Program-made: the position numbers and the translations under genes | Notes under the pieces: model-generated | The model's input: the letters and a program-made list of their open reading frames with translations, nothing else | Told to the model about the DNA's origin: nothing | Database searches by the model: none | Assembly (NCBI GenBank): GCA_032718475.1 | Contig: JAUCBJ010003467.1 | Coordinates: forward strand, 1 to 64,000 | Length of the DNA stretch: 64,000 nt | Direction: 5' to 3' | DNA from: Nemertoderma westbladi | Lineage: Eukaryota > Animalia > Xenacoelomorpha | In this document: piece by piece, positions 1-12,533 of the stretch | How positions within the stretch are numbered: the first letter of the stretch is position 1 | Layout: the number at the start of each line of letters is the position of its first letter

Positions 1-153
1 TGGTTTCCCTCCGAGGACACTTTATTATTGCTTAAAATTATCCTGTAGCATTGGCCGCTACTGTAACACCTTCCTTCCAATGACTTTCACTCTGGTTACC
101 GAATAGTTACCGAATAAATAGAATTTAGCTCCATACATTACTGCTTACATTAC

Positions 154-330
154 CTTAAATGCTTCCCGGAGGTCCTCCTCGAATGTGCTAGCACCAAATT
201 CATCCTGTTTGTTAGCCATCATCATGCAAAACTCTTCGAATGAGATCTCCCCGTCCCCATCCTTGTCGACTTCGTCCACCATACGCCGAACTTCGGCTTG
301 ACTGGGGGCGTGGCCCATTGCTGCCAACAC
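154..330 (-). CDS. Calmodulin/troponin C-like EF-hand protein, coding exon 2 (gene continues beyond left edge)
   Basis: Acceptor tgtttcgtag| at 331-332, donor |gtaatg at 153. Encodes VLAAMGHAPSQAEVRRMVDEVDKDGDGEISFEEFCMMMANKQDEFGASTFEEDLREAFK: canonical EF loop DKDGDGEISFEE and calmodulin-like EEDLREAFK. Confidence 0.92.
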
Positions 331-402
331 CTACGAAACAAGTGCGTATTACGGTATAATAATAATAATAAGAGCACTTTAATTATTTTTATTTTACTTT
401 AT

Positions 403-454
403 ACAGGTGAACAGGCATTCCTTGGCTTAACGAGCCTAAAAGATTCTCCCATTC
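403..454 (+). mobile_element. ~52-bp truncated retroelement 3' end with 12-bp target-site duplication
   Basis: Insert flanked by attttactttat at 391-402 and 455-466. The same sequence occurs inverted at ~57659-57716. Confidence 0.55.
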
Positions 455-623
455 ATTTTACTTTATTTTTGTTAATGCAGGCAGGCGGCTTACGAACCCA
501 TGACATACTATAGATACGACCCGCCAAGCTGCTGCAAAGCCCCTAAATTTAGTGGGCCAGTTATTTATCTTTGATAGAACCCCTGAACCAATAGGTCTAG
601 CGCGTCGAAAGTACTTGTCCCTT

Positions 624-1855
624 AACTAAAATTATATCCTCTTTCAGATGAGACAAATAAAAAGTTAATAGCTCCAGTAGTTTTCGAGATATGAGGCATT
701 CCTGGCACCCAAACGACACTATATCCCAGGATAGTTAATAATAATTCCCCTAAATAATATCAGTTCTTCATTATTGAAGTCGTAATATTATTAATTTATC
801 TCAGGGTATCTATTTTGTATCAATAACCTTTGTGTATTAAATCCAAGATAGTAAGAACGAACACTGTTAAGGTGGTAATTGTCTTACTTGAGATCCTCCG
901 AAAGGGTCGATATGTCTTCGGGGATTCAGATAGGAGTCCCGCTGGTTTAGGCAGAAGAATAAACCTAGCATGATGATTCTTAAAGAATAACCGGCCCTTC
1001 CAACCCCAAGTCGAGCAGTAGCTTCATCTCTACATCAGATAAATAACTAATTTTACTCTCCTTCATGAATTTCGATAGACGATGGACGGTATATTCTTTT
1101 TACTGGCGGCTTTTTACCAGATCAGAGTGATCTGTCTCTGGCTGGTGCCACTCTGTAGACCGAGCGAGCGAGCGTCATCTATACACACAGCACTTTCCAA
1201 CTCTAACTGCTACGGCCTCCCCTCCATACAGATTCAGATACTATGTCCAGATTAGATTAGGCCCCCGTGCCCGTGGCTGCCGGCCCGTGTAGAGAGAGGT
1301 GATAATAAATAGTCAAATAAATACAGGTAATCAATCAGGTAATGTAATAATGATAAGGCATTGATGCCTAACACAGTAACAGCATAATATGCAGTCAGCA
1401 CTATCAGCAGTAATGTAATGCCTAACGCAGTAGTGCAGTGCAATGCAAATACCACTACTGAATAATTTACTACATTACCGCACCAGTACCAGAAATAGAA
1501 GTGCACTGGTTGGCACTTAGAATTTTCGACTGAAGCATTGGCCATTTTTGAAAATACCACAATTTTATAAACCTTGCCAATGGAATCAGCACATTATAAA
1601 ACCTCAATAGCTAAACTATACGGCCAAATTACCACTTTTGGCTATTTGAAAATTTCGAGCTACTTGTAATTTTGGTGCTCTTTTAGTTTCTATTATAAAA
1701 TAAACAATGAAGATTTTATTCTAATTTCGCTTTCGATTACTAACAATTAATTCGACTAACCAAAAAAGCTCCTCATAGGACTCCTCATATATCGAAAACT
1801 ACTGGAGCTATTCAATTTTTATTTATCTCATCTGAAAGAGGACATAATTTTAGTT
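624..1855. mobile_element. Non-autonomous DNA transposon remnant with ~70-bp imperfect inverted repeats, intronic
   Basis: 624-696 (aactaaaattatatcctctttcagatgag...atatgagg) is the imperfect reverse complement of ~1783-1855. Confidence 0.55.
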
Positions 1856-1916
1856 GAGCAGACTCCCGCCAGAGGGAAAAATGTTTACTTATTATACTGT
1901 ACTGTTAGCCTGTATG

Positions 1917-4900
1917 CTGTATAGACTCACCTTTCCCAGCTCCACTGTACTGGTGGCCTGTATAGACTCACCTTTCCCAGCTCCACTGTACTGGTAGCCT
2001 GTATAGACTCACCTTTCCCACTCCACTGTACTGGTAGCCTCTATAGACTCACCTTTCCCGGCTCGACTGTTGTACTGGTTGCCTGTATAGACTCACCTTT
2101 CCCAGTTCTACTGTACTGGCAGCCTGTATAGACTCACCTTTCCCACTCAACTGTACTGGTAGCCTCTATAGACTCACCTTTCCCGGCTCGACTGTTGTAC
2201 TGGTAGCCTGTATAGACTCACCTTTCCCAGCTCCACTGTACTGGTAGCCTGTATAGACTCCCCTTTCCCAGCTCCACTGTACTGGTAGCCTGTATAGACT
2301 CACCTTTCCCAGACCCACTGTACTGGCAGCCTGTATAGACTCACCTTTCCCAGCTCCACTGTACTGGCAGCCTGTATAGACTCACCTTTCCCAGCTCCAC
2401 TGCTGGTAGCCTGTATAGACTCACCTTTCCCAGCTCCACTGCACTGGTAGCCTGTATAGACTCACCTTTCCCAGCTCCACTGCACTGGTAGCCTGTATAG
2501 ACTCAGCTTTCCCAGCTCCACTGTACTGGTAGCCTGTATAGACTCACCTTTCCCAGCTCCACTGTACTGGTAGCCTGTATAGACTCACCTTTCCCAGCTC
2601 CACTGCTGGTAGCCTGTATAGACTCACCTTTCCCAGCTCTACTGTACTGGTAGCCTGTATAGACTCACCTTTCCCAGCTCCACTGTACTGGTAGCCTGTA
2701 TAGACTCACCTTTCCCAGCTCCACTGTACTGGTAGCCTGTATAGACTCACCTTTCCCAGCTCCACTGCTGGTAGCCTGTATAGACTCACCTTTCCCAGCT
2801 CTACTGTACTGATAGCCTGTATAGACTCACACCTTTCCCAGCTCCACTGTACTGGTAGCCTGTATAGACTCACCTTTCCCAGCTCCACTGTACTGGTAGC
2901 CTGTATAGACTCACCTTTCCCAGCTCTACTGTACTGGTAGCCTGTATAGACTCACCTTTCCCAGCTCCACTGTACTGGTAGCCTGTATAGAGTCACCTTT
3001 CCCAGCTCCACTGCTGGTAGCCTGTATAGACTCACCTTTCCCAGCTCCACTGTACTGGTGGCCTGTATAGACTCACCTTTCCCAGCTCCAGTGCTGGTAG
3101 CCTGTATAGACTCACCTTTCCCAGCTCTACTGTACTGGTAGCCTGTATAGACTCACCTTTCCCAGCTCCACTGTACTGGTAGCCTGTATAGACTCACCTT
3201 TCCCAGCTCCACTGTACTGGTAGCCTGTATAGACTCACCTTTCCCAGCTCCACTGCTGGTAGCCTGTATAGACTCACCTTTCCCAGCTCCACTGTACTGG
3301 TAGCTTGTATAGAGTCATCTTTCCCAGCTCCACTGTACGGGTAGCCTGTATAGACTCACCTTTCCCAGCTCCAATGTACTGGTAGCCTGTATAGACTCAC
3401 CTTTCACAGCTCCACTGCTGGTAGCCTGTATAGACTCACCTTTCCCAGCTCCACTGTACTGGTAGCCTGTATAGACTCACCTTTCACAGCTCCACTGTTG
3501 GTAGCCTGTATAGACTCACCTTTCCCAGCTCCACTGTACTGGTAGCCTGTATAGACTCACCTTTCACAGCTCCACTGTTGCTAGCCTGTATAGACTCGCC
3601 TTTCCCAGCTCCACTGCACTGGTAGCCTATATAGACTCACCTTTCACAGCTCCACTGCACTGGTAGCCTGTATAGACTCACCTTTCCCAGCTCCAATGTA
3701 CTGGTAGCCTGTATAGACTAACCTTTCACAGCTCCAATATTGGTAGCCTGAATAGACTCACCTTTCCCAGCTCCACTGCACTGGTAGCCTGTATAGACTC
3801 ACCTTTCACAGCTCCACGGCTGGTAGCCTGTATAGACTCGCCTTTCCCAGCCCCACTGCACTGGTAGCCTGTATAGACTCACCTTTCCCAGCTCCACTGT
3901 ACTGGTAGCCTGTATAGACTCACCTTTCCCAGCTCCACTGTACTGGTAGACTGTATAGACTCACCTTTCCCAGCTCCACTGTACTGGTAGCCTGTATAGA
4001 CTCACCTTTCCCAGCTCCACTGTACTGGTAGCCTGTATAGACTCAACTTTCACAGCTCCACTGCTGGTAGCCTGTATGGACTCACCTTTCCCAGCTCCAC
4101 TGCACTGGTAGCCTGTATAGACTCACCTTTCCCAGCTCCACTGTACTGGTAGCCTGTATAGACTCACGTTTCCCAGCTCCACTGTACTGGTAGCCTGTAT
4201 AGACTCACCTTTCACAGCTCCACTGCTGGTAGCCTGTATAGAAGACTCACCTTTCCCAGCTCCACTGTACTGGTAGCCTCTATAGACTCACCTTTCCCAG
4301 GTCCACTGTTGTACTGGTAGCCTGTATAGACTCACCTTTCACAGCTCCACTGTTGTACTGGTAGCCTGTATAGACTGACCTTTCACAGCTCCACTGTACT
4401 GGTAGCTTGTATAGACTCACCTTTCCCAGCTCCACTGTACTGGTAGCCTGTATAGACTCACCTTTCACAGCTCCACTGTTGTACTGGTAGCCTGTATAGA
4501 CTGACCTTTCACAGCTCCACTGTACTGGTAGCTTGTATAGACTCACCTTTCCCAGCTCCACTGTACTGGTAGCCTGTATAGACTCACCTTTCACAGCTCC
4601 ACTGTTGTACTGGTAGCCTGTATAGACTGACCTTTCACAGCTCCACTGTACTGGTAGCTTGTATAGACTCACCTTTCCCAGCTCCACTGTACTGGTAGCC
4701 TGTATAGACTCACCTTTCACAGCTCCACTGTTGTACTGGTAGCCTGTATAGACTGACCTTTCACAGCTCCACTGTACTGGTAGCTTGTATAGACTCACCT
4801 TTCCCAGCTCCACTGTACTGGTAGCCTGTATAGACTCACCTTTCACAGCTCCACTGTTGTACTGGTAGCCTGTATAGACTGACCTTTCACAGCTCCACTG

Positions 4901-7900
4901 TACTGGTAGCTTGTATAGACTCACCTTTCCCAGCTCCACTGTACTGGTAGCCTGTATAGACTCACCTTTCACAGCTCCACTGTTGTACTGGTAGCCTGTA
5001 TAGACTGACCTTTCACAGCTCCACTGCACTGGTAGCTTGTATAGACTCACCTTTCCCAGCTCCACTGTACTGGTAGCCTGTATAGACTCACCTTTCACAG
5101 CTCCACTGTTGTACTGGTAGCCTGTATAGACTGACCTTTCACAGCTCCACTGTACTGGTAGCTTGTATAGACTGACCTTTCACAGCTCCACTGTTGTACT
5201 GGTAGCCTGTATAGACTCACCTTTCACAGCTCCACTGTTGTACTGGTAGCCTGTATAGACTGACCTTTCACAGCTCCACTGTACTGGTAGCTTGTATAGA
5301 CTCACCTTTCCCAGCTCCACTGTACTGGTAGCCTGTATAGACTCACCTTTCACAGCTCCACTGTTGTACTGGTAGCCTGTATAGACTGACCTTTCACAGC
5401 TCCACTGTACTGGTAGCTTGTATAGACTCACCTTTCCCAGCTCCACTGCACTGGTAGCCTGTATAGACTCACCTTTCCCAGCTCCACTGTACTGGTAGTC
5501 TGTATAGACTCACGTTTCCCAGCTCCACTGTACTGGTAGCCTGTATAGACTCACCTTTCACAGCTCCACTGCTGGTAGCCTGTATAGAAGACTCACCTTT
5601 CCCAGCTCCACTGTACTGGTAGCCTCTATAGACTCACCTTTCCCAGGTCCACCGTTGTACTGGTAGCCTGTATAGACTCACCTTTCACAGCTCCACTGTT
5701 GTACTGGTAGCCTGTATAGACTGACCTTTCACAGCTCCACTGTACTGGTAGCCTGTATAGACTCACCTTTCCCAGCTCCACTGTACTGGTAGCCTGTATA
5801 GACTCACCTTTCACAGCTCCACTGCTGGTAGCTTGTATAGACTCACCTTTCCAGTTCCACTGTTGTACTGGTAGCCTGTATAGACTCACCTTTCCCAGCT
5901 CTACTGTACTGGTAGCTTGTATAGACTCACCTTTCCCAGCTCCACTGTTGTACTGGTAGTCTCTATAGACTCACCTTTTCCAGCTCCACTGTACTGGTAG
6001 ACTGTATAGACTCCCCTTTCCCAGCTCCACTGTACTGGTAGCCTGTATAGACTCACCTTTCACAGCTCCACTGCACTGGTAGCCTGTATAGACTCACCTT
6101 TCCCAGCTCCACTGTACCTGGTAGCCTGTATAGACTCACTTTTCCCAGCTCCACTGTACTGGTAGCTTGTATAGAGTCATCTTTCCCAGCTCCAATGTAC
6201 TGGTAGCCTGTATAGACTCACCTTTCCCAGCTCCACTGTACTGGTAGCCTGTATAGACTCACCTTTCACAGCTCCACTGTTGGTAGCCTGTATAGACTCA
6301 CCTTTCCCAGCTTCACTGCACTGGTAGCCTGTATAGACTCACCTTCCCCAGTTCCACTGTACTGGTAGCATGTATAGACTCACCTTTCACAGCTCCACTG
6401 TTGGTAGCCTGTATAGACTCGCCTTTCCCAGCTCCACTGCACTGGTAGCCTGTATAGACTCACCTTTCCCAGCTCCACTGTACTGGTAGCCTGTATAGAC
6501 TCACCTTTCACAGCTCCACTGCACTGGTAGCCTATATAGACTCACCTTTCACAGCTCCACTGCACTGGTAGCCTGTATAGACTCACCTTTCCCAGCTCCA
6601 ATGTACTGGTAGCCTGTATAGACTAACCTTTCACAGCTCCAATGTTGGTAGCCTGAATAGACTCACCTTTCCCAGCTCCACTGCACTGGTAGCCTGTATA
6701 GACTCACCTTTCCCAGCTCCACTGTACTGGTAGCCTGTATAGACTCACCTTTCCCAGCTCCACTGTACTGGTAGCCTGTAGACTCACCTTTCCCAGCTCC
6801 ACTGTACTGGTAGCCTGTATAGACTCACCTTTCCCAGCTCCACTGTACTGGTAGCCTGTATAGACTCAACTTTCACAGCTCCACTGCTGGTAGCCTGTAT
6901 GGACTCACCTTTCCCAGCTCCACTGCACTGGTAGCCTGTATAGACTCACCTTTCCCAGCTCCACTGTACTGGTAGCCTGTATAGACTCACGTTTCCCAGC
7001 TCCACTGCACTGGTAGCCTGTATAGACTCACCTTTCACAGCTCCACTGCTGGTAGCCTGTATAGAAGACTCACCTTTCCCAGCTCCACTGTACTGGTAGC
7101 CTCTATAGACTCACCTTTCCCAGGTCCACTGTTGTACTGGTAGCCTGTATAGACTCACCTTTCACAGCTCCACTGTTGTACTGGTAGCCTGTATAGACTG
7201 ACCTTTCACAGCTCCACTGTACTGGTAGCTTGTATAGACTCACCTTTCCCAGCTCCACTGTACTGGTAGCCTGTATAGACTCACCTTTCCAGTTCCACTG
7301 TTGTACTGGTAGCATGTATAGACTCACCTTTCCCAGCTCTACTGTACTGGTAGCTTGTATAGACTCACCTTTCCCAGCTCCACTGTTGTACTGGTAGCCT
7401 CTATAGACTCACCTTTTCCAGCTCCACTGTACTGGTAGACTGTATAGACTCCCCTTTCCCAGCTCCACTGTACTGGTAGCCTGTATAGACTCACCTTTCC
7501 CAGCTCCACTGTACTGGTAGCCTGTATAGACTCACTTTTCCCAGCTCCACTGTACTGGTAGCTTGTATAGAGTCATCTTTCCCAGCTCCAATGTACTGGT
7601 AGCCTGTATAGACTCACCTTTCCCAGCTCCACTGTACTGGTAGCCTGTATAGACTCACCTTTCACAGCTCCACTGTTGGTAGCCTGTATAGACTCACCTT
7701 TCCCAGCTTCACTGCACTGGTAGCCTGTATAGACTCACCTTCCCCAGTTCCACTGTACTGGTAGCATGTATAGACTCACCTTTCACAGCTCCACTGTTGG
7801 TAGCCTGTATAGACTCGCCTTTCCCAGCTCCACTGCACTGGTAGCCTGTATAGACTCACCTTTCCCAGCTCCACTGTACTGGTAGCCTGTATAGACTCAC

Positions 7901-10605
7901 CTTTCTCAGCTCCACTGCTGGTAGCCTGTATAGACTCACCTTTCCCAGCTCCACTGCACTGGTAGCCTGTATAGACTCACCTTTCCCAGCTCCACTGTAC
8001 TGGTAGCCTGTATAGACTCACCTTTCACAGCTCCACTGCTGGTAGCCTGTATAGACTCACCTTTCCCAGCTCCACTGCACTGGTAGCCTGTATAGACTCA
8101 CCTTTCACAGCTCCACTGCTGGTAGCCTGTATAGACTCGCTTTCCCAGCTCCACTGCACTGGTAGCCTGTATAGACTCACCTTTCCCAGCTCCACTGTAC
8201 TGGTAGCCTGTATAGACTCACCTTTCCCAGCTCCACTGTACTGGTAGCCTGTATAGACTCACCTTTCCCAGCTCCACTGTACTGGTAGCCTGTATAGACT
8301 CACCTTTCCCAGCTCCACTGTACTGGTAGCCTGTATAGACTCACCTTTCTCAGCTCCACTGTTGGTAGCCTGTATAGACTCGCCTTTCCCATCTCCACTG
8401 CACTGGTAGCCTGTATAGACTCACCTTTCCCAGCTCCACTGTACTGGTAGCCTGTATAGACTCACCTTTCTCAGCTCCACTGCTGGTAGCCTGTATAGAC
8501 TCACCTTTCCCAGCTCCACTGCACTGGTAGCCTGTATAGACTCACCTTTCCCAGCTCCACTGTACTGGTAGCCTGTATAGACTCACCTTTCACAGCTCCA
8601 CTGCTGGTAGCCTGTATAGACTCACCTTTCCCAGCTCCACTGCACTGGTAGCCTGTATAGACTCACCTTTCACAGCTCCACTGCTGGTAGCCTGTATAGA
8701 CTCGCTTTCCCAGCTCCACTGCACTGGTAGCCTGTATAGACTCACCTTTCACAGCTCCACTGCTGGAAGCATGTATAGACTCACCTTTCCCAGCTCCACT
8801 GCACTGGTAGCCTGTACAGAAGACTCACCTTTCCCAGCTCCACTATACTGGTAGCCTCTATAGACTCACCTTTCCCAGCTCCACTGTTGTACTGGTAGCC
8901 TGTATAGACTGACCTTTCACAGCTCTACTGTACTGGTAGCTTGTATAGACTCACCTTTCACAGCTCCACTGTTGTACTGGTAGCCTGTATAGACTGACCT
9001 TTCACAGCTCTACTGTACTGGTAGCTTGTATAGACTCACCTTTCCCAGCTCCACTGTACTGGTAGCCTGTATAGACTCACATTTCCCAGCTCCACTGTTG
9101 TACTGGTAGCCTGTATAGACTCACCTTTCCCAGCTCTACTGTACTGGTAGCCTGTATAGACTCACCTTTCCCAGCTCCACTGTTGTACTGATAGCCTGTA
9201 TAGACTCACCTTCCCCAGTTCCACTGCACTGGTAGCCTGTATAGACTCACCTTTCACAGCTCCACTGTTGGTAGCCTGTATAGACTCACCTTTCCCAGCT
9301 CCACTGTACTGGTAGCCTGTATAGACTCACCTTTCACAGCTCTACTGCTGGTAGCCTGTATAGACTCACCTTTCCCAGCTCAACTGTACTGGTAGCTTGA
9401 AGAGTCACCTTTCCTAGCTCCACTGTACTGGTGGCCTGTATAGACTCACCTTTCCCAGCTCCACAGTACTGGTAGCTTGTATAGAGTCACCTTTCCCAGA
9501 TCCACTGTACTGGTAGCCTGTATAGACTCACCTTTCACAGCTCCACTGCTGGTAGCCTGTATAGACTCACCTTTCCCAGCTCCACTGTACTGGTAGCCTG
9601 TATAGACTCACCTTTCCCAGCTCCAATGTACTGGCAGCCTGTATAGACTCACCTTTCCCAGCTCCACTGTACTGGTAGCCTGTATAGACTCACCTTTCCC
9701 AGCTCCACTGCACTGGTAGCCTGTATAGACTCACCTTTCCCAGCTCCACTGTACTGGTAGCCTGTATAGACTCACCTTTCACAGCTCCACTGCTGGTAGC
9801 CTGTATAGACTCACCTTTCCCAGCTCCACTGCACTGGTAGCCTGTATAGACTCACCTTTCACAGCTCCACTGCTGGTAGCCTGTATAGACTCGCCTTTCC
9901 CAGCTCCACTGCACTGGTAGCCTGTATAGACTCACCTTTCCCAGCTCCACTGTACTGGTAGCCTGTATAGTCTCACCTTTCCCAGCTCCACTGTACTGGT
10001 AGCCTGTATAGACTCACCTTTCACAGCTCCACTGCTGGTAGCATGTATAGACTCACCTTTCCCAGCTCCACTGCACTGGTAGCCTGTATAGACTCACCTT
10101 TCCCAGCTCCACTGTACTGGTAGCCTGTATAGACTCACCTTTCACAGCTCCACTGCTGGTAGCCTGTATAGACTCACCTTTCCCAGCTCAACTGTACTGG
10201 TAGCTTGTATAGAGTCACCTTTCCTAGCTCCACTGTACTGGTAGCCTGTATAGACTCACCTTTCCCAGCTCCACTGTACTGGTAGCTTGTATAGAGTCAC
10301 CTTTCCCAGCTCCACTGTACTGGTAACCTGTATAGACTCACCTTTCACAGCTCCACTGCTGGTAGCCTGTATAGACTCACCTTTCCCAGCTCCACTGTAC
10401 TTGTAGCATGTATAGACTCACCTTTCACAGCTCCACTGTTGCTAGCCTGTATAGACTCGCCTTTCCCAGCTCCACTGCACTGGTAGCCTGTATAGACTCA
10501 CCTTTCCCAGCTCCACTGTACTGGTAGCCTGTATAGACTCACCTTTCCCAGCTCCACTGTACTGGTAGCCTCTATAGACTCACCTTTCCCAGCTCCACCG
10601 TACTG
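1917..10605. repeat. 41-bp minisatellite (~210 copies) derived from the exon-1/intron-1 junction of the EF-hand gene
   Basis: Unit tagactcacctttcccagctccactgtactggtagcctgta, with 39- and 44-bp variants. It merges directly into exon 1 at 10584-10605. Confidence 0.97.
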
Positions 10606-10718
10606 ATTTCACCACTTTTGTCATCATCAAACAGATCAAATGCTTCTTTGTATTCTTCCAACTGCTCGCGGCTTAACCGGCCTTTAAATTTACTCGCAGC
10701 CCGACTAACTGATGTCAT
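10584..10718 (-). CDS. Calmodulin/troponin C-like EF-hand protein, coding exon 1 (missing from ORF track)
   Basis: Minus strand from ATG at 10718 reads MTSVSRAASKFKGRLSREQLEEYKEAFDLFDDDKSGEISTVELGK (45 codons) with EF-hand loop DDDKSGEISTVE. It ends at AAG|GTGAGT, phase 0, and joins exon 154-330 in frame (ELGK|VLAAMG). Confidence 0.92.
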
Positions 10719-11182
10719 TACACAGTACCAGAATTACACAATTAGAGGGCACCATATGGTGGCGCCTATTATGTTACAATAAGTTTACTTAGGATAACAA
10801 AGTTACAAATTAAAAATATCTAAAGTCACCTACTGTGCTTTAATAAGGAATTAATTATTACCAGCCAAACCAATTGTGAAGTGCTAATGAGTTGTACATT
10901 TATCGTTGTAATTCATATTATTTGATTGATATTAAATTATTATGTAAAAGCGAATGGTTTAGTGGTTTTATACATAGGCCTACATTTTAATAGATTTTTG
11001 TAAATTAGAACCATGTCAAATAAACCAAATTTATATCATTTAATAGGTATAAATATTCAAATAATACCTGAAAATCTCAATTAATTTTCATGCCTCCGCT
11101 ACCAAGTAACAATGTCTAAAATTTGGATAATTATTCGATTTGTTGATAATTTTTATTTCGTTGTATAAATAAAATATTAACA

Positions 11183-12533
11183 TACAATAGAGAGCGCATT
11201 GTAGGCTTACAGTACTGTACAATAGAGAGCGCATTGTAGGCTTACAGTACTGTACATTAGAGAGCGCATTGTAGGCCTACAGTACTGTACATTAGAGAGC
11301 GCATTGTAGGCTTACAGTACTGTACATTAGAGAGCGCATTGTAGGCCTACAGTACTGTACAATAGAGAGCGCATTGTAGGCCTACAGTACTGTACAGTAG
11401 AGAGCGCATTGTAGGCCTACAGCATTGCCTACAGTATTGCCTACAGTATTTACTGTACAATAGAGAGCGCATTGTAGGCCTACAGTACTGTACATTAGAG
11501 AGCGCATTGTAGGCTTACAGTACTGTACAATAGAGAGCGCATTGTAGGCTTACAGTACTGTACATTAGAGAGCGCATTGTAGGCCTACAGTACTGTACAT
11601 TAGAGAGCGCATTGTCGGCCTACAGTACTGTACAGTAGAGAGCGCATTGTAGGCCTACAGTACTGTACATTAGAGAGCGCATTGTAGGCCTACAGTACTG
11701 TACATTAGAGAGCGCATTGTAGGCCTACAGTACTGTACAATAGAGAGCGCATTGTAGGCCTACAGTAGGCCTACAGTATTGCCTACAGTATTTACTGTAC
11801 AATAGAGAGCGCATTGTAGGCTTACAGTACTGTGCAATAGAGTGCGCATTGTAGGCCTACAGTACTGTACAATAGAGAGCGCATTGTAGGCGTACAGTAC
11901 TGTACATTAGAGAGCGCATTGTAGGCCTGCAGCACTGTACAATAGAGAGCGCATTGTAGGCCTACAGTACTGTACAATAGAGAGCGCATTGTAGGCCTAC
12001 AGTACTGTACAATAGAGAGCGCATTGTAGGCCTACAGTACTGTACAATAGAGAGCGCATTGTAGGCCTACAGTACTGTACAATAGAGAGCGCATTGTAGG
12101 CCTACAGTATTGCCTACAGTATTTACTGTACAATAGAGAGCGCATTGTAGGCCTACAGTAGGCCTACTGTAAAATAGAGAGCGCATTGTAGGCCTACAGT
12201 ACTGTACAATAGAGAGCGCATTGTAGGCCTACAGTACTGTACAATAGAGAGCGCATTGTAGGCTTACAGTATTGTACAATAGAGAGCTCATTGTAGGCCT
12301 ACAGTACTGTACAATAGAGAGCGCATTGTAGGCCTACAGTACTGTACAATAGAGAGCGCATTGTAGGCCTACAGTACTGTATATTAGAGAGTGCATTGCA
12401 GGCCTACAGTACTGTACATTAGAGAGCGCATTGTATGCTTACAGTAGGCCTACTGTACAATAGAGAGCGCATTGTAGGCTTACAGTACTGTACAACAGAG
12501 AGCGCATTGTAGGCCTACAGTACTGTACATTAG
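11183..12533. repeat. 35-bp minisatellite (~38 copies) upstream of the EF-hand gene
   Basis: Unit aatagagagcgcattgtaggcctacagtactgtac. Confidence 0.96.

Noticed and set aside
1917-10605. CRISPR-like array or repeat-protein ORFs (2706-7327)
   Set aside because: Units are contiguous with no unique spacers and no cas genes, in a eukaryotic context. The ORFs arise from the 126-bp in-frame HOR.
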